Assembly (NCBI GenBank): GCA_951406725.2
Contig: OX597826.1
Span: forward strand, 72,540,001-72,604,000
DNA from: Octopus vulgaris
Taxonomy: Eukaryota
Length of the DNA stretch: 64,000 nucleotides
Direction: 5' to 3'
Within the stretch, counting starts at the first letter, position 1. The number at the start of each line of letters is the position of its first letter. The notes beneath the pieces were generated by a model that was given only the letters and a program-made list of their open reading frames with translations, was not told the origin of the DNA and searched no databases. Positions 39,646 through 52,495 of the stretch are shown here, in pieces. Both the position numbers and the translations under genes were made by a program.

Positions 39646-39957
39646 ATATATATATCTGTATATATACATACAATATAAAATTTGTTGTATGCAAGGTACA
39701 TGTTTGAATTAAGAAATAATGAAACTACTGAAAGACACAGTAACAGATTTTTGTATAAATGTAGGACAAGGCTTCTAGATATGACAAGAATAATCTCTTG
39801 GAGAGAAATTTGAGGGTGAACACTATCTTATTAAATGGGTGTCTAAAGACACATAGCCCTTGCCAACAGTAGGAAGTTGTCATACTTTGTCACCAATGCC
39901 ATGAGAGTGCTTGTTCACCATTGTAGTGGGTCTGCAATGGTGAATGTGTGTGGTATT

Positions 39958-40172
39958 AAGGCGGTGAGCTGGCAGAATTGTTAGCATGCTGGATGAAATG
40001 TTTAGCAGTATTTTGCCTGTCGCTATGTTCTGAGTTCAAATTCCATTGAGGTTGACTTTGCCTTTCATCCTTTTGGGGTCAATAAATTAAGTACCAGTTG
40101 AACACTGGGGTTGGTGTGATTGACGATCCCCCTCCCCCAAATTTCAGGCCTTGTGCCTATAATAGACAGGAT
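39958..40172 (+). mobile_element. SINE family C (central GCCTTTCATCCTT.GGGGTC.ATAAA.TAAGTACCAG domain, resembling the MetaSINE domain)
   Basis: GGCGGTGAGCTGGCAGAA head and GAGTTCAAATTCC B box. Many copies, e.g. 1900-2060, 9180-9950, 12630-12815, 20270-20410, 27790-28100, 42410-42605, 53220-53430, 56200-56400, 58130-58740 and 62825-63040. Confidence 0.75.
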
Positions 40173-40183
40173 ATGTGTCGTAT

Positions 40184-40712
40184 TGTTGAAAACCATCTTC
40201 ATGTGGTCTAACTGGTTGTGTGTATTATAAACAAAGCAACTCATGAGCTTTTAACTTTTAACACATTTATTGCATTGGCTGTTCATGAAATAAAGATGCT
40301 GGTAATATATCTACGAACTGAGAGAAGAGAACTGTGCTGTGTCTGTAGAAGGCAGATGTGGTGCATCTTGTGTGAGTGTCCTAAGTAGTCTCTGGCACAA
40401 GGTGATCTGTCTGAGTGCTCTAAGCTGTCTGTCTTAGAGATCTGTTGAGGCTGTTTGCCTTACTCACTTTCCTGAAGTTATCTAGCCCCTTAACAGTTTG
40501 CTGTGGCTGTCTACCATACTCTCTTGCCTGAATTAGGCAACAGTTTTTAATAGGGTGAAAATTGTAGGTCATCTGAGGAGCCAAATCACATCAAAGCTTC
40601 ACATAAATTGGTTTATTTTTAGATCAATCATGTGAAACTGTGGTGGCTCATTTGCAATGCTTAACTGAATACCTTGAGATTGGGGTTTGAATCCCTACAA
40701 AGTATTCCAACA
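40184..40712 (-). mobile_element. LTR-like element, copy 2 (TG...CA)
   Basis: Ends TGTTGAA and TTCCAACA form short terminal inverted repeats; about 530 bp. A partial third copy lies at about 40740-40900. Confidence 0.6.
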
Positions 40713-41081
40713 AAGAGTTGAACTCTGTGAATTCTATAAACATCATGTGTGAGTGTCCAAAGCCATCTCTTTCTCAAGGTGGTTTGTCCAAGTATCTCAG
40801 GTGGTCTGGTCTCAATGGTCTGCCTTGTGTGTGTGTGCCCTAAGTGGACTATGGAACTGTCCGAAGCTGTCTGTCTTAGCAGTCTGCTGAGTTTGTTTGC
40901 CATATTCTAAAAAGTTTTAGAATATTTCATGAGACTTTTAAGTATGAAAATTAAACTTTTCTTTTTGTGTGTCAGAGCCCATAAAAAAAAGATGGTTTGT
41001 TGGAAAAAATGTCAGTAGGTGTTAAGTTACAATTAACTCTGGTCAACATTACCAAATATAGCAGTATTATTGAATATTACT

Positions 41082-41506
41082 ATAGGTAGTGTGTAACGAT
41101 TTTCTTCACTACTTCAGGGAGTGACGACCCTGCCTGATATGAGTCCCGGGCTCAGCTGGCTCCTGCTGACAGTACCCGGTATGGGCCCCTATCCAGGGTT
41201 ACGGAAAGGAGATATCCTCCAAAGAAATCTGGAGTGGAGCCCTGTAGGCGGTTTAATGTTCGACTCGACACTGTTCCGGTAGCTCCTGCAACCAAGGTGG
41301 TGCCAAACGTAATGCTCTGCACTCCTTTAGACTACGTCAGCAAGGTCGAGAGAGGATTCCTGACAATTGGGCTACCCAGGACTTTCTTATCTCTAGCCCA
41401 GGCCTGCACAAAACTGGAGAAGACATGAAATGTAAAAACCAGACTGGATTAGTTTATGCACAACTCCATTGTCTCCCGAGACAAAAGGATGCCAACAACA
41501 ACAACA
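41082..41506 (+). mobile_element. GC-rich short retroposon with (ACA)n tail and 13-bp TSD
   Basis: Perfect flanking duplication ATTGAATATTACT at 41069-41081 and 41507-41519; CAACAACAACAAC tail; no ORF of note. Confidence 0.75.
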
Positions 41507-43375
41507 ATTGAATATTACTGGTAATAGTAACCACTATAGTAATATTATTTGCCAGTAGTTTTCACTTTCAAACTTTGGCTTTGAATTTGAGGAAGACTAT
41601 CTGCTATACTATCATAAATGTGTGAAACAAAAACAATAAGCAATTAGATATCTGAATTATTTTCACACAACTTTCCTCAGGAAATTTCTTTTCAGCATTA
41701 TGTGGCAGAACAAGATTTTCCCATTGATATAGCTTGCCCAAATCCTTGGCCTCTACTTTATAAAATACTTCTGTTCTGATCAGTTAGCGATCCCTTGTAA
41801 AGATCAAGAGTGACACACATTAAAATGGTGTTCATATCTCTGGGTTACTGTTCAGCCATATACAGAAGCATCTTACTTGATTAGTAAAATTTCATTTATC
41901 AATGGGCTCTAATAATGGGGCTCAGACACTAAATTATTCACTCGTTCTTTCATTTATTCTTTCATTTCTAAGAGAGAAGGTTCAATCTCAGTACTGTAAG
42001 ATACTAAACCACACAGTTAAGTTGCTCTCTATCAATAAGTTATTCTCATCTGATAACGTAGCCAGCTAAAATGGGATGCTGTGGAGCTTTGTATCTTGCT
42101 TGGACACAGCATATTCCCAGGGATGGAATATAAACTCACAACCCTAAAGCTTCTTTACTTCAATAATCGCGCTTTCACACCCTAGGTATGCTGGTGATCA
42201 AGTTACATTGTGTATTGACTAAGTGATGTAGTATACTGATCCAGTCATATAGAGCACCGTCACATGGGATCGAACCAAATCGTTGGGGATCAAATGAATA
42301 AAATGCATTCACAAAAAAGTTTAGACTGCAGAAAAATTACCCCCACCCCACAAAAAAGCCCCACTGCGATGGTGAGACAAGAAAAAAAAAATGCTAAAAC
42401 TATTGACGATAAGGCGGGCTGGTAAAATCTTTAGTATGCCGGATTAAAATACTTGGAGGCATTTCGTTCGTCTTCACATTTTGAGTTCAAATTCCGCCGA
42501 GTTCGACTTTGCCATTCATCCCTTCGGAATTGTACTGTGGTCGATGTAATCGACAAGCTTCCTCCCCTAAAAGAATTTCCGGCCTTGTGTCTATAATAGA
42601 AAGGATATGATACATCAGGGTTCTGAATCTGTCTTATGCGACCGGAGAACTTCTTTCGTCCAAGTTCTTTGGTTTAAACATCTTTTCCCACCTAATTACT
42701 TTAAGTTAATTCTATCTAAACACCAATAATTGTTCAATTCCATTCACTGAGAACATCTACGTATATCTCTCCCTCATCTCTCTTTGATGTCATCTTCTAC
42801 GGCCCCTTCTTTATCTACAACTTTTCTTGACACGAGCCAGTGAAGAAGACTCTATGTGGTTCGATCTGCTAGAAATAGCAGCCAATTTACCCTCAGATCA
42901 CACCCTTCAATCATTAAAAAAAATGGTACATTGGATATTGTAGCCTGGAATGCACCGTGCGTGTATGTTCTTTAAAAAATGACGAGATAATAATTGCCAG
43001 AATGTTGCAAGTCACATCTTTTCAATCGGGGTTGATCGGTGGGGTTGGCAAAACAAGTAATTCTTGACACTCGTGATCCCACCCCCACCCCACCACCACT
43101 ACCGGCACTGATGTCGTAAAGGTTAAATTATTTGTTATTCTAAACTATCTGCACCAGTTTTTATCCTCACCTACCCGTATCCCTTGACTGACACACCAAC
43201 ATTCCAAATATACCCTTTATATCTTTCTCAACTCCAGCACCAGCCTTCACCCGATTGTCACTGTTTCTGCCCCCAACGAATCATTTGATAATTGACTAAT
43301 CAAAACAACACGCCTCACAAGATTTTTTTTTTTTTTTAAATGCATAACAAGTTCGTCCTATGAACCCTTCTAGTA

Positions 43376-43613
43376 CAATGGTTCTCAACCAAGGCCCATA
43401 TAAAATTTCGTTAAAATTTTTATCTGCAATAAATTGCTTAAACTTCTATAATACTCAAAATATTTTAATAATTTTTTTTTTTTACAATTCCAAATAATAT
43501 TTAATTATAGAAATAAAACGGGATTTTTAAACATCGATTGGCTAAGAGTACATCCGACTAAAATAGGAATCAAAGGGTCTATAAATAAATAAAATAATAG
43601 TTGAGAAACACTG
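43376..43613. mobile_element. hAT (Charlie-like) MITE
   Basis: TIRs CAATGGTTCTCAAC and GTTGAGAAACACTG; 8-bp TSD TTCTAGTA / TTCTAGAA (NTCTAGAN-type target). Confidence 0.8.
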
Positions 43614-44251
43614 TTCTAGAACTTAAAATAAGCTAAGTGGACAATGCACTGTCAGTCCTGGATCGATTGCTCATAATAACTATTACAGATAGAAATATTC
43701 CAAGGTCTAATCTCTACTAGTAGTCATACTTCATTGAAGCCCCCAATATTCTGGAGAAAAGCACGAAATAAATGCAATTACAATTTAATTTCTCGACACA
43801 TCTGAAACTATTCATAACATGGTGCATTATTAAAATTAGTGGAGTTTGCAGCCTATAGGATTCAGAGATTTAGATTTCACTAATTTGATTTCGTCTCTAT
43901 AATTGTGATGTCAACTTTAAAAGCACTCCGCCGTCTATTTTCTACCTCTAATGCGGGATTGATTAAATAAACAATTAGTAATATACTAGGGTTCACATGT
44001 AACACAACAAACGAGACCAATGTCTGTAAAACAATAATAACCTTGTCTTTGAGAAAAGCGAACTTAAAGAGACCGATTCTGTGTGATTATGTAAGGTATG
44101 GGCAGACAATTCAGACCAAGTGCTTCAATTAAATAAAACACTCAGTGTTGCACGCACGCACGCACACACATCGGGTGCCTGTGTGTGTATACATATAGAC
44201 AAACACATACATATATGTGTGTGTGTGAGCATACACACACATATATACATA

Positions 44252-44560
44252 CTAGCAGTATCGCCCAGCGTTACTCGGGTTTGTTTCGACCCTTTAGAAT
44301 TGGAATTTTTGAAAAGTAAAAATTTTGCATTATGTAGCTTGTTTATTCTCTTTAAGTGAGCATTTTTCTGTTGAAATACACCGAAAAATTGTGACACAGC
44401 AGTCAAAAAATCGTAAAAAATAGGGATTTTCATAGGAAAAAAAAGCACCTTTTTGATATAAATACTTTTTGGTGTTAACATGGTCTGACTTGAATTTTAT
44501 TTTCTACGGAATGAAGAGCAAACCTTCTTCTATTATACTCTTAATTTTGGTCAACTTGCA
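44252..44560 (-). mobile_element. Helitron-type 3' end, truncated at a (TA)n tract
   Basis: The - strand ends with a CCCGAGTAACGCTGGG hairpin followed by CGATACTGCTAG|T. Confidence 0.65.
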
Positions 44561-44573
44561 ATATATATATATA

Positions 44574-44828
44574 ACTTTAAAATAAGGGTGAGAAATTAGA
44601 TATTAATTTAATTAACATCGATTTCACACCAGTGATCTAGCATAAAAAAAAAACTGAAGGTTCAGTAAAATTGTATTATATGCATATTAGAGGGAACCCA
44701 CTATGTGGACACCCTTATGCTAGAAATAGATATCCGCTATGGTCTTACCACTAAGAAATGTTCTCAAGAACCATAGCGGATCTATTTCTAGCATAAGGGT
44801 GTCCACATAGTGGTTTCCCTCTAATATG
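44574..44828 (+). mobile_element. Fold-back cassette in (TA)n, family P2
   Basis: About 63-bp near-perfect inverted arms at 44683-44746 and 44766-44828, (TA)n on both sides, and one arm extended by about 110 bp. Confidence 0.7.
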
Positions 44829-45046
44829 TATATATATATATATATATATATAAATATGTATGTATGCGAGCACAGATGTGTGTGCATACATGCTTGATGT
44901 ATAGAAAAACGTCAGCTTTTGTAGATGAAGCTCCCTAACGAAGCCAATAAGTATCGACATAGTGTGAGTGTGATGCAGTCGTGGTGTAATGAAATGTGAT
45001 TGACAACCGAATATAGCGCAATATGTAAAAATAACAACAAACCAAA

Positions 45047-45056
45047 TCTCGCGAGA
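45047..45056. promoter_or_regulatory. TCTCGCGAGA palindrome (CGCG/BANP-type motif) in the MIB1 upstream region
   Basis: Exact 10-bp palindrome about 210 bp upstream of the ATG in a CpG-retaining region. Confidence 0.55.
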
Positions 45057-45263
45057 CCGAATCAGTATGAAAACGAGATTTAATCCACCATTTTACAGCC
45101 AGCCAGCCGATACCACCATCAGCTACATTTCAACACTCTTTACACTCATTTACGTTTACTTTACGGTTGTTTTCATTAAAGGAACTCACTGACATTTTTC
45201 CTTCGGAGAGCTTTATTTTTATTTTTCACATTTCTAAAAAGATGTGGCTCGGTTAACGACTAA

Positions 45264-45695
<432 letters not shown>

Positions 45696-46677
45696 TAGAA
45701 TATTATGCTTAGATATCCTTCTGTATATATTGATAAACAAGTGAAGTGTTTAGATCTGCCTCTTTCTCTGTCTATATATATATATATACATATATGTTAA
45801 TATTTTTGTTAAAAAAAGATACTGTGTATATACACTCTTGTAAATTCGATATATTCCTGTGTGTAGACGAGATACTCGGTGCTTATTTTTGTGTGTGTTT
45901 AATAATGAAGATAGTGTTTGTGTAACTGTGTATATATTGCTATATATACATGCTATATATACACACTTGATATTTATATCCTTGTATGTACGATGTAATG
46001 CCATTGTCTGTGTATGTATTCTGTGTATTTATTCGAAGTTTGGACGTTTGTTCTGTCGCTTCTTAAGTTTCTGGCTCGCTGTGATCTTTCTGGCGATTTA
46101 CAAAATTAAAGATAAAAAAGATCGCATCTGGAGACAAACTCCGAGTAGAAGAAGGAATTAACCACCTTCACACAAGATAAATTCTATAAACAGGCATTGA
46201 GTACGTTATTATTTTTTTTGGGGTGGGGGTCTTTTGTAAATCCGTACGTACGTATGTATACACACAAATACATAAGTATATATACGATATATATATATCG
46301 GAAACGTGCTACTACGAACGAAAGATCGCCTATCTTGATATATTTGTATAATTATAAATATATATATATCTTTTGTTTATCTTTTATTGGTTTCAGGCAG
46401 TTGCGACCATGCTGGGACAACACTATTTCACACACACACACATACATACATACACACACACACATACACACACACACACACACACATACACACACACACA
46501 CACACACACATACACGTGTGTGTGTGTGTGTGTGTATGAAATCTGCATTTGTGTGTTTTCCCAACAGGCATGGGATGTAGGTAGTGCTTTTTCGGTCGGA
46601 TGCTTTTCTTGACACCAACCGTGTTAGTTGCCTCATAAAATACGCAGAGATACAGTATACCTATTCTTAAAACGGTG

Positions 46678-47110
46678 GGGCGGACGTGAAGAATGTGGAC
46701 CGCACCCCCTTTCGTTTATTAAAAAACATTTTTTTTTTTACAGAATCCCCCATCTGCCAAAAAAAAAAAAAATGGCATTTAAAAATTTTAATTTCCCCCA
46801 CTCCTAAACCTTCAAATTCTTCAATTTTCACTTTTTCCTTAAAAATTGCAACTTTACAAATCTCTTTTTTTTCAAAATCATAATCTCCGTATTTTTTTAC
46901 GTATTTCGAAAAAAAAAGAAAAAAAAAAAAAAAAAAATTCTGAAAATTGAAGAATTTAGGGGGAGGTGAATGTGGGAGGGAAATAAAAAAATTTAAATGC
47001 GGTTTTTTTTTTTTGCAGAATCAGAATCTCCATAATTGAAAATGGGGGATTCTGTAAAAAAAAAAAAAAAGTGGGTGGGTGGGTACGATCCACTTTCTTT
47101 ACGTCTGCCC
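46678..47110. mobile_element. MITE with long imperfect TIRs
   Basis: GGGCGGACGTGAAGAATGTGGACCGCACCC...TTTTACAGAATCCCCCAT is mirrored by ATGGGGGATTCTGTAAAA...GGGTACGATCCACTTTCTTTACGTCTGCCC. No clear TSD. Confidence 0.7.
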
Positions 47111-49349
47111 TTGACAGTTTACTACTCGTTGAATTACCGTTGGAAATAAATGAGCATTCTTCCGACACGTCTACTCGTATTGTAATTGTCAAATAAAATC
47201 AGCGAGACAAGGCTGTCTGAGTTATTAGTACAGTCTGTCGATGGTCTTCTACACAGTTTCCGTTCGGATTGACCTGAGGCTGTGGTAAAGACATTTATCT
47301 AAGATGCTATGCAGTGGAATCGAACTTGAAACTTTTTGCCTTACAAGCGAACTTTTTACTTCCCTCCTCCACTCATGCACAGACACGTATAATTATCCAC
47401 ATCATTCTCGTCATTTAACATCCGTTTTCTATACTTCCATAAGTTGGCTGGCTCAGAAGGATTTGACGAGCCAGAGGGCTGCGGTGAACACCAATGTCAG
47501 CTTTTGGTATAATCTCTAAGGCTAGATACCCTTCCTAACACCATCCACTTTAATGTACAGGGTGTTGTTACATGCCACTGGTATGAGAGTGATGTTGCTA
47601 GTAATTTGCAAGAAAAGAAAAAACCCTCTTAGTGGTGGTGGTATTTGAAAGTGGCTTCGTGCCAAGTATTGAGAGGCTATAAACAGACTAACAAATATAT
47701 ATATATATATATATGATAGAGGGACAAGCACAGATGTTTTGCTATAGGGCAGGTACATGGCTACCTGTATTATATAAGGGTGATGAGGAGTAATTGGAGA
47801 GAAGAACAAAGATGGTAGTGATCAGGAGCCAGACCAAACTCTCTAACACACACAACTGTGGCAAATTGACAGAGCAGTTAGAGTATTTGATAGAATGCCT
47901 TGTGGTATGTGTTCTGCCTCTCGATGCTCAAATCCCACCAAGATCAACTTTACTTTTAATTCTTTCTGTTTCTAAGTATAGTTAGGTGCTGACCCACCCC
48001 GTCTCTCCGTTCAACTGTCATATCCTGAACGATCTATGATGTCAAAGGTGGAAGGGTTTGGAGAGAGTATGCTCAATACTTAACATGGCACTTGAAACCT
48101 ACTTATGAAATCCTGGTACATGCTGATACCATTGTCAGTAGTTAGTGAAGGCCATCTATCAATCTGTCTGTCTGCCTTAAAAACAGGCCGGATCTTCCTA
48201 ATGTTTATATGCTTTCACTACTGGTTGCATAACCATGACATTTTGCGAGCTATGTCTGTCAACATAATGAATTAAGTCCAACCCCCCAGAAACAGCTGTT
48301 GGACTGTAACACCATACCTTCTCCCACTAATTTCCTATATCTTTGTACTCTGTGTAAGTTTGCTCTGTTAATATATAAATATCTATTAATATATAGTTAT
48401 TCATTGTCTGAATATTTTCAGTCTATGTTTTCTCTCTATTTTTATTTGTTTATTTACATCATTATCTCCATATGTGTTCACTTGGATTCCTCTTATAGCC
48501 ACTCTTTACTCCGCAGACTTAATCCTCAGTAAAGATTTCAGAGTGTAAGTTCAAATCATTTGAGTGCTACTAAGTATTTTCTATATTGAACATCTCTGGA
48601 TCTCATCTGTTGACTCTGTCTGTCTGTCTCTATGTGTGTGTGTGTGTAGGGGGAAGCACCCTGGGCAAGTGTTCTCTAATAATGTTCTCTAATAAAGCCT
48701 TGTGAGTGGATTTGGTTCATGGAAACTGAAAGAAGCTCATCATATACATGCATGAATATACATATGTATATATGTTTATGTATGTGTGTGTGTATGTTTG
48801 TTTACATTTGTACTCATGAGCTACAAATGACAGTGTTATTTATCCTGTCAACAAGTCATCTGCTGGCTTTGCACTCTTGAAAACATTGAAATAGCGTATC
48901 CTTGGAAAATGGGTGAAGATTAAAGACAGGAAGGGCGTCCAACTGTAAATTGCATGATGCTTTGTTGCTATTTCTAGCAAATCCGAGTGACTCCTCTGTA
49001 GAAGATCTATCGTTTAACCCATGCTAACATTGAAAACAGATGCTAAATATGAACTAACAAATATGTATGCAAACACATGTACATATGTACTTGGGTTCAG
49101 TGTTATACAAACAACTAGAACAGTGCCTTTATCTAAAACAGAGGAGGCAACACTTTGGATCTTAGTTTCACAAGCAACCTAGATAGACATTCAACAAGAA
49201 ACACTGAAACTCTATGCAACCTGAACTTCCACAGAGCAAACTGGAATTGATTCAGAAAGAGATCCAGTAAAAGAACTGAAATGGCAGTCTGTGTGACAAT
49301 AGCATAAAGCTTGAAGATCTTATATCAGTAATGCAAGCCTTATACTTAA

Positions 49350-50620
49350 AATTTGCCCTTGAGAGAAGAGGGAAACCCAGGAAGACATGAGTGATGGCTA
49401 ATCTCAAGATGTTGAGCTTCACGGAGATGACAAAGGACTGGGATGATTGGCAATTTGCTGTGTTTGAGAAGGCTCATCTGTCTTCCCGAAAGTGAGGTCC
49501 TAAAAGCATTGTGCTTTTCTCTATACACTCACTGGACTCTGCCCCTGCTCTCTCTCTGTCAAGCTTTCTTCATTTCTCACATTCTTAACACCTACCCCTC
49601 AACTCTCCTAACTTACTGCACCATTCAGCTGCTATAATTATAAGAGAGCAGAATATGCACATATAGTGACCTCCTCTCCTTGGAATCACAGCTTTTTAAA
49701 AGCCATCCCTCATTCTTGATATCACCCCTTTCCACTTTATTTTCCACCAATCACCTCTTTTTGTGTCTCCTTGTGATATATCTTAGGCTTGTTGTTAACT
49801 TATCTTTAACACTCTCTTATCTGCTGTCATTCTTATCATCCTGTCATATCTGCAGTGATGGCTTCTCCTTCACTATACCCACCCCTTCATACCTCTGACA
49901 TCCATCTGGGTCACTGTATACTTCTCTTGCTTCCTCTTCCTCTCTCTCCCCACACATCATTTCCATGTTTCCTGATCTCTTATACTACTGTTCTTCTCCA
50001 TTCCTCTACTGTCACTTATCACCTCCTCCTTCCTGAGCCACTCTTATTCATTCACCTCCAACTCACACTGATATTTACCTTTAACCATACCACCACCACC
50101 TATGTCCCTCTCATTATTCATTATATTCACCTCTACAACCATCTCTATTCCAGATGCATTGTATTCTCGCTTATACTCACCTTGTATTTTGAGAATACAC
50201 TCTAACATCTCGTCATTACCATCTTTATCCTTCTTTCCATCTACTCCTACCCACCGTTATATGATGCAAGGGTAGCCATGTATCTCCTCTACAGCAAAAC
50301 ACTCGTGCCTGTCCTTCTATCATACTTTAGCCCCTCAACACTTTGCATAAAACCATCTCCCTCTCTACCACAACGACGCTCTGCTGAGGGAGAGTCTTTT
50401 CGTTTTTTTGCGAGTTACTTGGTAACTTCACAAGCGCCTGTGTCATGAAAAACAACACCTAGTACACACTGTCAATTGTTTGGTTCTAAGAAGGGCATCC
50501 AGCTGTAGAAACCAAGCCAAAATAGACATTAGAGCTTGGTGTAGTCCTCTGGCTTGTTGGATCCTCCCAAACGATTTCACTCATGCCAGCATCGAAGACA
50601 GATGTTAAATGACAATGATG
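49350..50620 (+). mobile_element. Second RTE subfamily relic with long pyrimidine-rich 3' UTR
   Basis: AGAGGGAAACCCAGGAAGACATGA (RGKPRKT) remnant, about 800 bp of pyrimidine-rich tract, then the shared AAGGGCATCCAGCTGTAGAAAC...GTTAAATGACAATGATG tail. Confidence 0.6.
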
Positions 50621-50652
50621 CATATACACATGGGTTCATAGGCATAAAAGCA

Positions 50653-51199
50653 CATGAGGTCTGGTCAAAAAGTTTTGGGATAGTTGCTATGGTAATGGAG
50701 CTAAAGTACACAGAATGAAGCCACTTGGCACAGATTGACTTTGTTGCACATGGACACTGAGTTATAACATACTTGCTCATTTCTGTTGTTTATAACAGAG
50801 CTTGGAATTAAAGCGTGTAGGGTGTGGTCATCTCACCACCACACCATACAGATTCCACCAGTGACTGTGGCAGTGAAAATATAGGTATGTGCATGTAAAT
50901 GCATGGAAACAGACACATCTTGTAGGTTATTATGACCAAGAATCTTTCCAAAAATCAAGTCCCACTTGAAAGGAACAAGGTTTCAAGATGTCGAGGAAAT
51001 CCGAAAAAATGCGATGAAGCAGCAGCTTGCTATCCTGAAAAAAGGAGTTCTAGGAATGCTTCCATCAATGGAAATGACTCTGGATAAATTGTGTGACTTC
51101 AGAAGGAGACTACTTCGAAGGAGATTAAATGCCAAATTGATATGTGTTGTAATTATCTTTCTATAGCACCAATCCTGATATTTTTGCTATGTTGGACCA
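50653..51199 (+). mobile_element. Internally deleted mariner/Tc1-type element
   Basis: Left end CATGAGGTCTGGTCAAAAAGT. 50946-51128 encodes FPKIKSHLKGTRFQDVEEI... and, after a frameshift, ...GDYFEGD*, a mariner C-terminus of a different subfamily from 37435-38702. Confidence 0.75.
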
Positions 51200-51881
51200 C
51201 TGAACAGTTTGGGAGGATCCAACAAGCCAGAGGACCACACCAAGCTCTAATGTCTATTTTGGCTTGGTTTCTACAGCTGGCTGCCCTTCTTAACACCAAC
51301 CAATTTACAGTGTGTACTAGGTGCTTTTGTTCATGACACAGGCACTCGCAAGACAAGGAAAAGATCGTCTCTCAACTGAGTGATGTTGTAGTAGAGAGAG
51401 AGATGGCTAAAGTATGATGACAGGCAGGCACAAATGTTTTACGTATATATATATTTACACACACACATATACATACACATACATGTGTATGCAGTTTTCA
51501 GTTGCTTGAAGATAGTAACTGTATCTCCCCCATACATATCTTATTACAAAAATTGAGAATTGTTAACCTGTTAAACACTCTGAAGTGTGCTATGTAGTTT
51601 TTTTTTTCAAGGTAAACTGGAGATTAGAGTTTCCCATTTTAAAGTAGATTGCACCTAAATACTGAGAATGTTTATAGTTTTTCTCATTGTGTTATTAGCT
51701 GGTTCATTAAATAGATATAATCGTATTGTGGTAATTGCTAGATGGTTAGTTATGAAAATTAATTTTCTTTTAGAGGAATCAAATGGTTGACCATTTTTGT
51801 TTGCCGATGCCCTCAGTCATACGTCCAACCCATGCTAGCATGGAAAGCGGACGTTAAACGATGATGATGATTTATATATAT

Positions 51882-52076
51882 AAATATCGCCATGATAGAT
51901 CGTTAGCCACTACACACATTTTTTTCTCTTCTTGTTTTTTTCTGTGTCCCTTTCTGTAGAAGAGCGTAGGCTCGAAATGTAAAAGACATTTTCTATTCCT
52001 GAGTGTTATACTAATACATCTGTTTGATTTGTACACCACCTGTCTTCGTCTTTTGTTTTTTTTGTAAACTCTCCCC
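51882..52076 (+). mobile_element. (TA)n-flanked Penelope-like pLTR fragment, family P4
   Basis: A second copy lies at about 54037-54200 (-). Carries a variant hammerhead and ends TTGTAAACTCTCCCC next to (TA)n. Confidence 0.65.
51950..51985 (+). ncRNA. Variant minimal hammerhead fold (CUGUAGA core)
   Basis: CUUU-CUGUAGA-A-GAGC(GUAG)GCUC-GAAA-UG-UA-AAAG. Stems I and II pair perfectly; the core has U in place of A6. Confidence 0.55.
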
Positions 52077-52099
52077 ATATATGTATATATATATACATA

Positions 52100-52232
52100 C
52101 ACAGAAGCACACTTATACAAGCATATATACACACACTTATATTCATGTGTGTGTGTGTGTATATTATATACACAGAGGCACACTTATACAAGCAGATATA
52201 TACACACCCATACATTCGTGTGTGTGTGTGTT
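52100..52232. repeat. ~71-bp tandem duplication x2
   Basis: CACAGA(A/G)GCACACTTATACAAGCA...ATTC(A)TGTGTGTG repeated twice. Confidence 0.75.
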
Positions 52233-52495
52233 TGAATGTATATATATATCATCATTCATCTTCATCATGTTAATGTCCGCTTTTCTATAGTTGGATGCCC
52301 TTCTGGTCACCAAACCTCACCTGTTTCCAAGCAAAGTATTATTTTTCTATGGCCAGACATGTTCTTGCAGAATATTGGAAATGAGCGACACTGTAGGTAT
52401 GAGACAGTGATGAACATTTTACAGTGATCACATGATGTCAAGACTAGGAGTCATATACACCCTTTTACATGCATATATTTATATATACACACTAT

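Noticed and set aside
48274-48306. AGTCC...GAAACAGCTGTTGGACT hammerhead-like 3' half
   Set aside because: The CUGANGA core and stem II are absent; at best a deleted relic.
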